Positions 8,975-16,872 are shown, numbered from the stretch's first letter. The stretch: DNA of 32,000 bases from Candidatus Methanoperedens sp. (GCA_041494705.1 JBGQBI010000003.1:296449-328448); one strand, 5' to 3'. The notes: generated from the letters alone by a model not told the origin. Made by a program: numbers and translations.

Positions 8975-9597
8975 TTGAGGCCGAATCAAAAGCAATATTA
9001 ATCATATCCCGCAACAATAAAAAAACAATGTTTGAAGATATAAAAGAATTCATAAGGGATGCGCTAAGCCCACTTGCAAAAAAGATAACCGAGATAAATC
9101 CAAACACATTAACCCTTTTCGGGCTTTTACTGAGCCTCATTGCAGGATTCTTTTTTGCAAAGCGCGAGGTTTTACCCGCAGGAGCTTTTCTTCTTGCCAG
9201 CGGATTTTTTGACTCACTCGACGGCCTGGTTGCTCGCGAGAACAAAAGAATTACCCGGTTCGGCGGTTTTCTGGATTCCGTATGCGACAGGTTTGGCGAT
9301 GCGGCAGTGATTATAGGGGCGATTTACGGCGGCCTTGCTATTATTTCCCCTTTTCCCGACTGGTTTATCGGCGTACTTGCGATATTTGGTTCGCTGATGG
9401 TGAGCTACACAAGAGCGAGGGCAGAAGCTGCAGGCGCAAGCGCATCAGTTGGCATCGCGGAACGTCCTGTACGAATGATAATCTTGATTGCAGGCGCTTT
9501 TCTTGACATTGTCAACTGGGCGATTCTTTTTGTGGCAATACTTTCCTTCATTACAATCTTCCAGAGAATCGCACATGTCAGAAAGGTACTGAAATAA
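8971..9597 (+). CDS. CDP-alcohol phosphatidyltransferase, probably archaetidylinositol-phosphate synthase-like
   Basis: It carries the signature D-x2-D-G-x2-A-R...G-x3-D-x3-D (FDSLDGLVARENKRITRFGGFLDSVCDRFGD) and several TM helices, and lies next to an inositol-1-phosphate synthase gene. The start overlaps the trpA stop; an internal Met about 19 codons downstream is an alternative start. Confidence 0.7.
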   Translation: MIEAESKAILIISRNNKKTMFEDIKEFIRDALSPLAKKITEINPNTLTLFGLLLSLIAGFFFAKREVLPAGAFLLASGFFDSLDGLVARENKRITRFGGFLDSVCDRFGDAAVIIGAIYGGLAIISPFPDWFIGVLAIFGSLMVSYTRARAEAAGASASVGIAERPVRMIILIAGAFLDIVNWAILFVAILSFITIFQRIAHVRKVLK

Positions 9598-9642
9598 CAA
9601 CTTTTAAGTCAGATAACGATTATCACTGAGAGGGTATTAAAA

Positions 9643-10707
9643 ATGGCAGGCATTAGAATAGCAATCGCAGGTATTGGTAATTGCGCTTCATCTCTTATCC
9701 AGGGTCTTGAATATTATGACCCTGTAAAAAAATCCGATAAACTCGTCCCGGGATTAATGCATAATTCCCTGGGCGGGTATCTCATCTCGGATATAAAACC
9801 TGTTGCTGCTTTTGATATCGACATGCGTAAGGTGGGAACGGACTTATCCGAAGCTATTTTTTCAGAACCCAATTGCACTAAAAAGTTTTCCGATGTACCT
9901 AATCTGGGTGTTGAAGTAATGAAGGGCGAAGTGCTGGATGGCGTTGCGCCTCACATGAAGGAATACTTCAGGGTGGACAAAAAACAGAAACCTGTTGATG
10001 TAGCCTCGGTCCTGAAAAAGACAAAAGCTGACATATTGATCAATTACTTGCCAGTGGGTTCTGAAGAGGCAGTGAAATGGTATGCTTCGCAGGCTCTTGA
10101 AGCAGGATGCGCGTTCATAAACTGCATTCCTGTATTTATCGCATCAGATAAGCAGTGGGCTGACAAATTCAAAAAAGCGAAACTCCCGATAATCGGGGAC
10201 GATATAAAAAGCCTTGTCGGCGCCACGATAGTTCACCGCGCCCTTACCCAGATGATAGTGGACAGGGGTGCAAAAATCGACAGCACGTACCAGTTGAACA
10301 TAGGCGGAAATACGGATTTCCGGAACATGACCGACCAGTCAAGATTAAAGTCCAAGAAAATCTCAAAAACCGAATCAGTCGCTTCGCAAATTCCGTACGA
10401 CGCGTATGTTTATGCAGGCCCGAACGGGTGCATCGACTGCCTGAATGATAACAAGATATGCCACCTGAAAATTGATTTTAAGCTCTTCGGGGATGTCCCG
10501 GCTTATATTGATTTGAAACTCTCGGTGGAGGACAGCCCGAATAGCGCAGGCGTGGTCGTGGATGCCATCCGTGTCGCGAAAATAGCGCTTGACAGGGGCA
10601 TCGGAGGACCGATATTACCCGCATCGGCTTATTTCATGAAGCACCCCCCAGAGCAGATGCGTGATAGCGAGGCGCGGGAGCAGCTTGAGGAGTTTATCAA
10701 GGAATAA
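9643..10707 (+). CDS. ino1: myo-Inositol-1-phosphate synthase
   Basis: The N-terminal Rossmann motif IAIAGIGNCASSLIQGLEYY is characteristic of prokaryotic MIPS, and the length (354 aa) fits. Confidence 0.8.
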   Translation: MAGIRIAIAGIGNCASSLIQGLEYYDPVKKSDKLVPGLMHNSLGGYLISDIKPVAAFDIDMRKVGTDLSEAIFSEPNCTKKFSDVPNLGVEVMKGEVLDGVAPHMKEYFRVDKKQKPVDVASVLKKTKADILINYLPVGSEEAVKWYASQALEAGCAFINCIPVFIASDKQWADKFKKAKLPIIGDDIKSLVGATIVHRALTQMIVDRGAKIDSTYQLNIGGNTDFRNMTDQSRLKSKKISKTESVASQIPYDAYVYAGPNGCIDCLNDNKICHLKIDFKLFGDVPAYIDLKLSVEDSPNSAGVVVDAIRVAKIALDRGIGGPILPASAYFMKHPPEQMRDSEAREQLEEFIKE

Positions 10708-10717
10708 ACGTTTTATT

Positions 10718-12049
10718 TTATTGCCCTATAACCCGCATTTTTGAAACCCTCACCGTCGGCGTAATCACATTCCCCACATTCCGAACATCCATCCCCACGC
10801 CGTCGATAGTCCTTAAAAGCTCGAAGATATTCCCGGAAATCATCATAGACTTGATGGGCGAAGCAATCTCGCCATCCTTTACCAAAAACGAATTTCTCGC
10901 CTCGACTGAGAAATCACCCGAAATTGGATTGGCTGTATGTGCTCCTATTACAGTATTGACAATAACGCCGTCTTTTGTCTCGCCAATCACATCAAAAGAA
11001 GGATGTTCAATTATCAGGTTGCGTATTCCTATCGATGGCGTCGAGGTGTACGAGCCGCGCACCGCATTGCCAGTGCTTTCTCTTTTTTCTTTTCCTGCAG
11101 TGTAGCAATCGTAAAGGAAAGACGACAGAATACCTTTATTCACAACAGCGATTTTCCGGGACGGCGTACCCTCGTCGTCGCACGAGGATGTCCCCAGACC
11201 ACCGGCGAGCGTTCCGTCATCGATAATAGAAAGGTCATCAGCTGCAATGCTGCTATTGATTTTCCCGACCAGCGATGAACGTCCTTTCTGGACATTATCC
11301 GCGTTTAATGAAGTTACAAGTGTATTTTCAAGAATATCTGCAAAAGCTAGGGGCTCAAGAAGCACAACAGTATCACGCGTTTCCGTGTTTATTCCGTTTC
11401 TTGACCGCGAAGCAAGAGTGGAGGCTTTTTCACCGATTTTATAAAAATCAATGTCAAGCTTCCGGGACATGTCAAATTCAGATGCCGTCGAAAGAGGCGT
11501 ATCCTGTGTTGCTGTATCCACGGTCGCCTGGATGGCCGTATCCTCTTCCTGAACCTCAATGCCGTTTGAGTTCAAAACAAGTTTAGTTGAACTCCCGCAT
11601 GAGAAATGCCCCGAAGTGGGCGAAACCGTGGGAACGGATTTTACACCTTCTATCATCATGGAAGCATAATCCATACATGATTCAATTTCAAGAGCCGCAA
11701 GCTTCTTATCAAAAATGCCTGCAACTTTTGCAGGTTTGCTTTTTTGCGGAAGACCTGACCACTGCGGGTCGCTGCCCCTGACTTTAGCGGATTTTACCGC
11801 GAGATTGCAGGCCTCTTCAATGCGCTGCTCATCATTGGTGCTTGAAAAACCCACCGCGCCTTTGACTATAGCCCTTATCCCGATGCCTGAAACCATGCTC
11901 TCTTTGGCGAGGTCGATTACATCCCGGTGTATGTCGATTGAGATAGACTTGCCTTTTACGCAATAAATCTCGGCTTCATCTGCCCCGGCATTTCTTGTGA
12001 GCAATAGTGCCTTATGCGCTATTTCAAAAATATCCTTCATGGGAACCAT
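10718..12049 (-). CDS. PmbA/TldD-family metalloprotease
   Basis: The 443-aa length fits. Family-typical C-terminal segments are present (GNAVRGSYTSTPSIGIRNLIIE, GAHTANPISGDFS, ISGNIFELL). It converges on ino1, with only 10 bp between the two stops. Confidence 0.75.
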   Translation of the reverse strand: MVPMKDIFEIAHKALLLTRNAGADEAEIYCVKGKSISIDIHRDVIDLAKESMVSGIGIRAIVKGAVGFSSTNDEQRIEEACNLAVKSAKVRGSDPQWSGLPQKSKPAKVAGIFDKKLAALEIESCMDYASMMIEGVKSVPTVSPTSGHFSCGSSTKLVLNSNGIEVQEEDTAIQATVDTATQDTPLSTASEFDMSRKLDIDFYKIGEKASTLASRSRNGINTETRDTVVLLEPLAFADILENTLVTSLNADNVQKGRSSLVGKINSSIAADDLSIIDDGTLAGGLGTSSCDDEGTPSRKIAVVNKGILSSFLYDCYTAGKEKRESTGNAVRGSYTSTPSIGIRNLIIEHPSFDVIGETKDGVIVNTVIGAHTANPISGDFSVEARNSFLVKDGEIASPIKSMMISGNIFELLRTIDGVGMDVRNVGNVITPTVRVSKMRVIGQ

Positions 12050-12144
12050 TAATTAAAATTAAAGCATGATAAACTTTGCCCACATTAAATTAAATAAAAC
12101 TTTTGTGCCTCTAAAATATCATAGCGAACTTATGTGCATACCTA

Positions 12145-12804
12145 TTATAAGCTGCATCTTCGAACAACCCCAAAGCCACGGGAAACAGATTTGCCAATAC
12201 CAAGATATTCAGGTATCATGAAGTTTATCTGAAATTCGCCCTTAAAACCAATGAGAGGAATGCCTTTTGAATAAACTTTTATGGGTGATACTTTTGTTCT
12301 TACTTTAATTTGGTTAAGAACGACGTATCCGAGAGACTTGGAAATTGAGAGAAGGTTTCCTGCAAGGATTTGATGTAAAAGTTTCACTTTGTTCTTTGGA
12401 TCGAATTTAATATAGGAATCATAATTTATCTCATTCAAAGCTATCCAGGGAACAATAAACATATACTGCATAAAGCTATCAGAACAACCAAATTCCTGGC
12501 TTTTTTCAATTATCTGACGTTCTTCAATTTTGTAAGTCATCTTACCAAGGATAATATCTTCGATATCCCAGGAAATTTCTTTTAAAATCTCAGCCCCTTC
12601 ATCAATTCCAAGTATTACCGGCGTACCTTCAATTATCTTGTATTGCACTTTCGGATATTGGTAAGAGTTCTTACCATTTTCTGCATGCTGGTGCAGAATA
12701 GGATAGTCTTTGAACCTGTTTCCGATGAAGCCCCGCAGTTTCTCAGGGCTTTCAGTTACAGGGTCTTTGGTTTTCAGTATTAGGGTTAGGGTCTGGATGT
12801 CCAT
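12145..12804 (-). CDS. cas6: Cas6 endoribonuclease, paralogue A (attached to the type III-like module)
   Basis: It has a RAMP G-rich loop (LGIGKSVSRGFGVV) and the N-terminal LRGF...LHQH...YPKVQYK pattern. It is paralogous to the ORF at 23154-23846. Confidence 0.85.
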   Translation of the reverse strand: MDIQTLTLILKTKDPVTESPEKLRGFIGNRFKDYPILHQHAENGKNSYQYPKVQYKIIEGTPVILGIDEGAEILKEISWDIEDIILGKMTYKIEERQIIEKSQEFGCSDSFMQYMFIVPWIALNEINYDSYIKFDPKNKVKLLHQILAGNLLSISKSLGYVVLNQIKVRTKVSPIKVYSKGIPLIGFKGEFQINFMIPEYLGIGKSVSRGFGVVRRCSL

Positions 12805-12868
12805 TTTTTTAGTGTTCTACACTGATTCTATATGGCGCCTAAGTCATATATAGTTAAATTATTATATT

Positions 12869-13666
12869 TCATATTTGTTTTATTTTTATATCTACCTTTC
12901 CAAATCCCTTTGACTTGTAACCACCAATGGTTTTTATGCTTGCAAAGCGGTCAATAATAAACTCCTTGATGATCGGATCTATTGACCGTGGATGTCCTGC
13001 AAGCCATGCATCTCCTCCAGTATAATCTTTAAGATTTCTCGCTTTTCCAAGTTCTCTATCTCTAACAGTGTCTTTAATTATAACTGTCAAGGTACCCATG
13101 AATTTAGCACCGTCAGGCACCAACTGGTATGGTCTATTTGTCCCCTGCTTTACGGTCTGGATTGCCCTATCAATATTTGCCGAATATAGTTCATTAACCG
13201 TTGTTTTGGCATACAAAAACGGCACTTTTACAAATCCCTCAAGTCCGTTTGCGCCAAGGAAATAGCAAACCGGACAAATTTCGTGCAATGCTTTGCATTT
13301 TCTATCGCAGGGATAGTGACAGCCATCTCCTTTGATATCCCCTCCGGTCGGCTGGAATAAGTTATAGAATCTATATAACCCATTCACCACAAGCTGATTT
13401 TCATCAGGAGAAAGCTTTGTTGAAGGTATGCAAGGCTGAAGATTTTTATCCGTCCATTTTTTTTCAGCCCTATTAAAATAGGTATCAATCAGGTATCTCT
13501 CAATCTCACAGCGGTAAGCGCCTTTGAGGGTAGAACCCGGAACAACCGCCTTATTGCCCACAAGGGCTATCGGGTTATCTATTCCCGATAAGGGACTTGC
13601 TATCCCCCCGATTCGAATAGGTTCTAAAGTTGTCAATTCAATTTCAAATTCTTTCTGTTCAATCAT
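12869..13666 (-). CDS. cas7: Cas7-group RAMP, Csm3/Cmr4-like (the only Cas7 of the type III-like module)
   Basis: Motifs present: GIDNPIAL (Asp30, at the position of the Csm3/Cmr4 catalytic Asp), VPGSTLKGAYR, CPVCYFLG, and the C-terminal G-rich loop GGYKSKGFGKV. A GGAGG Shine-Dalgarno lies 10-14 nt upstream, inside the end of the preceding gene. Confidence 0.8.
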   Translation of the reverse strand: MIEQKEFEIELTTLEPIRIGGIASPLSGIDNPIALVGNKAVVPGSTLKGAYRCEIERYLIDTYFNRAEKKWTDKNLQPCIPSTKLSPDENQLVVNGLYRFYNLFQPTGGDIKGDGCHYPCDRKCKALHEICPVCYFLGANGLEGFVKVPFLYAKTTVNELYSANIDRAIQTVKQGTNRPYQLVPDGAKFMGTLTVIIKDTVRDRELGKARNLKDYTGGDAWLAGHPRSIDPIIKEFIIDRFASIKTIGGYKSKGFGKVDIKIKQI

Positions 13667-13670
13667 TTTC

Positions 13671-14690
13671 TCAAACCTCCGTTATACTTATCAAACTTTT
13701 TATTATAAACCGTGCAGTTTTTCTGTCTATAGATGGATATTTTTCAATGATTCCAAGTACATGAAGAAGCGTTTCTGCCTGTTGCCTCGTATCCCTTCTG
13801 TTCTTTCTCTCCAACAAAAATGTCCTGGTCATGGTTAACCCCTCCCTTTCGAGAATATCCCCAACTGTATTCTGAAACTTATTTGATAAATACCCAATTT
13901 TTACATTTTTCTTTATTTCTTCAATGACCTTTGCCGCAATATCTTCCGTTTCTGTATTCATTGTTTTGTCACTCTTTGTTTTTAGTAAAAATCCTGGCGC
14001 TTCAACCATGCTGCCTTCAAACAATGAAAGCACATACTTACCTTCTGTTTCGGATGTCGGTTCAAAAAGATATCCGAAATTTGCGTTTTTCACCTTTTTA
14101 ATTCCAAAAACATCATGCAAAAATCTGGTTGGCTTACCTTCTTCAAGTACATTTTTAATATCCTCTTTTCCAGCTTCAAAATCCGCATCATTAAGCTTAA
14201 AAAGTGGCAATCTGGTATTCAATTCACCCTCTCTGGAATCGGCACATGGATCAGTTCCCTTAAAATTCAATTTGCACTCCCCAAAACCTTTGGATTTCAA
14301 TCCACCCATCCAGAAACTTATCTCTCCTTTCTGGGACCATATCTCTTTCACATCTTCATTTTCTTTAAGATACACCTCGCCTTCCACATTGTAAAGATAT
14401 TCGGTATATATAGGAATAATACTTGTTTCAATTGACCTGTTTCGTGGAGAATAAGTGAGTGTCTTAATGTGATTCTCCCTGAACTCAGTCTCATCCTTAA
14501 AAAGAAAATGTCCACATGCATGGATTTGCTTTGACTTACCGGCATTTTTACTGTTTCCAAATTTCGCCTGAAGCGCACCTGTAATCTGGCTATAAGGAAT
14601 TGTTGTAATAACAGGGCGATACTGTCCCTTTTTAAACCTTTCTCCCAGGATGAGCAGATCAGAACTAAAACCAAACTTAAGGATGTTCAT
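13671..14690 (-). CDS. cas5: Cas5-group RAMP (Csm4/Cmr3-like N-terminal about 145 aa) with an unassigned C-terminal extension of about 190 aa
   Basis: The N-terminus has IPYSQITGALQAKFG and a G-rich loop, GGLKSKGFGECKL, at aa 129-141. The gene sits immediately after cas10, as cmr3 and csm4 do. The rest of the protein has no motif I can name; the last 90 aa or so are helical-looking and basic. Confidence 0.6.
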   Translation of the reverse strand: MNILKFGFSSDLLILGERFKKGQYRPVITTIPYSQITGALQAKFGNSKNAGKSKQIHACGHFLFKDETEFRENHIKTLTYSPRNRSIETSIIPIYTEYLYNVEGEVYLKENEDVKEIWSQKGEISFWMGGLKSKGFGECKLNFKGTDPCADSREGELNTRLPLFKLNDADFEAGKEDIKNVLEEGKPTRFLHDVFGIKKVKNANFGYLFEPTSETEGKYVLSLFEGSMVEAPGFLLKTKSDKTMNTETEDIAAKVIEEIKKNVKIGYLSNKFQNTVGDILEREGLTMTRTFLLERKNRRDTRQQAETLLHVLGIIEKYPSIDRKTARFIIKSLISITEV

Positions 14691-16708
14691 TCTTCATCCC
14701 CCATGATTTTTGCATATGTCAAAATTGTTTTAAAATCAATCTTTTTATCCTGCGCTCTGATTGGCTCAAAAGCATTGTAAACTCTATAATCTCCTCTATC
14801 ATAAACAAGAACCTTTGCCAATTTCTCTGAGGTCTCCGATATCTTGGCAAGCTTATGAAGCTGCTTGGAGGCAGGTATTTTGAAATCTTTTATTAAGACT
14901 TTGAGCTGGTTTAAAGTGAGGTGCATCCCACCCCTTCCAATCAAAATAACATTCACATCATTTTTTGGGTTCTCAAGGATTTTCCAGTGCCTAAAAAAGG
15001 CAAATTTTACATTGGATACTGAAATTGAGAGGGTAACTGGAGATTTTTGTTCCTTTAGCTCGGGGAAGCACTCCATAAATATGTTACTATATATTTCCAG
15101 GATATCTTTTATCTGGCTTATTTTTTCGAGTTTGATACAAAGAAAATCATTAAGGATAGGCTGGAAGTTCTCGGTTTTAAAATATTCTTCTAAATTTTTG
15201 TTGAAATTTTTGAGGAATAAATCATAATCTTTCTGGAATTCAGCAAGAACGGAAAAGCGTAGTTCAATTTTTTCAGAGATTGCACCTTTAAGGGTATTTT
15301 GGATATATTTGTCAAGTAGTGTTTGTAATGTTTCTGCCAGAGATTCAATATCCAGATTAATTTTGATCCAAGCAATTTTGGAATTAGGTTCTTCTTTATA
15401 CCATTGTTCAATTTTAGGAGCAGGTGGCTCTTTTCTAAAATCTCTAATAGAATAGCAACTTTCACAGAGGTGTTCCGTTATTCCGCTTTCTTCATCGTTC
15501 CAATCTTTTTCTGCTGGATGCATTTGACAGATTTCACAAAGCTTATTGATTGTGATTGATAGATTACCATAATAATTGCTTATAGGAAAACGGCTCTCAA
15601 ACTCCAAACGGTCTTTATCTAACTCTTTTAATTTGTTTGTTTTTAAGTTGATATCCGGTATTTTTTCAAGGTTTACCCGTTGTTTTTTGATGCTATTTTC
15701 AAAACGTTGAGATTCTTGTTCTTTAATTATTTTCGGTGTAAGATTTGCATATTCCAGGATCGTATTTGCTCCTTCGATATTAACAATGAAACCTCTTTCT
15801 ATAAAGGGTTTAACAAGTTGTGTAATTGATTCATCTGGAGGGAGTAACGCCAAGAATTGAGTAGAAGTATTAAGGATAATATTATCATTTTGTGAAAATT
15901 TAGATATTTCATTATTTAAAATTTGAAAAATATGTAAATCCTTAACTCTAACAGGATAATGTGGAAATTTAATCTGAACCCTTATGATATTTAAATTCCA
16001 CTTTTTTCTGGCGTCATTTGGACTGTTCGCAGTTTTACCTCCAAAGGAGAGAGTACCTTTAGAGACTTCTTTGGTATTTGCTTCGAAGAATCTAAACAGC
16101 TTTCCAACAAGGTTTGAATGAGTAAAAAGACTGGTAATATTCTTAGGTGGTTCAAAATCTTCTGGTCTCTCCAGCATATTTTTATTAAAATTCTGGAAAT
16201 ATTGCTCTTTATCTTGAACAACATTTGTAAAAGCAACCAATGATTTAAAATCATTCTCAGAAGAAAATAGTTTAATTTCTTCGTTGTAAGGCTTCCACAA
16301 CTTTAAGAGAGTCCTGTTTTCAAATTTAATATCAATTTTTCCAATCTCTTTATTTGTCAAAGTTCTTGAAATAGATGATGCCATATAATCAGCTAAACAT
16401 TGCAAAAAAACTGGATACTCTTTCTTCTTTTCTGCATATTCTGAGATCAAATCCTTTGTTGATTTATCTGGAGGATCATGGTGATATCTAATATTTTTGT
16501 ATGTAAGGGTTTCAGTAAAATTTACTCCAAATAACCTCAGATAGTGTAATTCTTCACCTGTTTCCTTATTTATGCATAAAAAATTGTGGTTCCAATCTAT
16601 TTTTTCAATAGGAATACCAAGTTTTTGCGAAATAAATTGCCTAATCCAATAACTATCCACAAGCTTCCCAATATCATGAAGTTCTGGAATAATTTTATCC
16701 TCAGACAT
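14687..16708 (-). CDS. cas10: Cas10-like large subunit: N-terminal HD nuclease motifs intact, Zn ribbon present, cyclase GGDD motif absent
   Basis: HD-domain motifs are LHDIGK (H11 D12), RYHHD (H76 H77) and LADYMASSISR (D107). The Zn ribbon is CEIC...CESC (C391, C394, C415, C418). Palm2-like strands are IAWIKINLDIESL and TLSISVSNVKF. The expected GGDD position reads PILNDFLCI (aa 517-525), and no GGD string occurs anywhere in the protein. Confidence 0.7.
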   Translation of the reverse strand: MSEDKIIPELHDIGKLVDSYWIRQFISQKLGIPIEKIDWNHNFLCINKETGEELHYLRLFGVNFTETLTYKNIRYHHDPPDKSTKDLISEYAEKKKEYPVFLQCLADYMASSISRTLTNKEIGKIDIKFENRTLLKLWKPYNEEIKLFSSENDFKSLVAFTNVVQDKEQYFQNFNKNMLERPEDFEPPKNITSLFTHSNLVGKLFRFFEANTKEVSKGTLSFGGKTANSPNDARKKWNLNIIRVQIKFPHYPVRVKDLHIFQILNNEISKFSQNDNIILNTSTQFLALLPPDESITQLVKPFIERGFIVNIEGANTILEYANLTPKIIKEQESQRFENSIKKQRVNLEKIPDINLKTNKLKELDKDRLEFESRFPISNYYGNLSITINKLCEICQMHPAEKDWNDEESGITEHLCESCYSIRDFRKEPPAPKIEQWYKEEPNSKIAWIKINLDIESLAETLQTLLDKYIQNTLKGAISEKIELRFSVLAEFQKDYDLFLKNFNKNLEEYFKTENFQPILNDFLCIKLEKISQIKDILEIYSNIFMECFPELKEQKSPVTLSISVSNVKFAFFRHWKILENPKNDVNVILIGRGGMHLTLNQLKVLIKDFKIPASKQLHKLAKISETSEKLAKVLVYDRGDYRVYNAFEPIRAQDKKIDFKTILTYAKIMGDEE

Positions 16709-16872
16709 TTACTCACCCTTTAAGGAAAAATTGCTACAATTAATGACTTAACTCGTACTTATTCTATATAACAGTTCTCATAAATTAATGTTTCAGTTTG
16801 TCTTTTTAAAAACTAGTTTTTTCTGAGAACCAATTGAATAAAGCGATTGTAGATTACAATTTACATAATAAT

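Noticed and set aside
10851-11966. A chain of + strand ORFs (84-113 aa) inside the PmbA/TldD gene.
   Set aside because: They are antisense to a long ORF with family motifs. They are Arg/Ser/Cys-rich with no motifs, and are fragmented across several frames.
13924-14435. + strand ORFs of 156 and 106 aa, and a nested - strand 108-aa ORF (14348-14674), inside the Cas5-like gene.
   Set aside because: They are antisense or out-of-frame shadows in an AT-rich gene. The long - strand frame is translationally coupled to both of its neighbours.
14687-16708. Alternative identities for the 673-aa large subunit: type IV Csf1/Cas8-like, or type I-D Cas10d.
   Set aside because: The N-terminal LHDIGK / RYHH / AD..AS motif set, the central CxxC...CxxC ribbon and the palm-like strands follow the Csm1/Cmr2 layout. 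The partner Cas7 has Csm3/Cmr4 hallmarks (DNP Asp, CPVCxxxG). No Cas3' helicase or DinG accompanies the module. The alternatives are not fully excluded without profile searches.
16790-16826. Possible decayed terminal repeat (GTTTCAGTTTGTCTTTTTAAAAACTAG...) beyond the last perfect repeat.
   Set aside because: Only about 17 of 37 positions match by hand alignment. The implied spacer (46 bp) is off-period, and the conserved part is at the wrong end for typical terminal-repeat decay. It was not called as part of the array.
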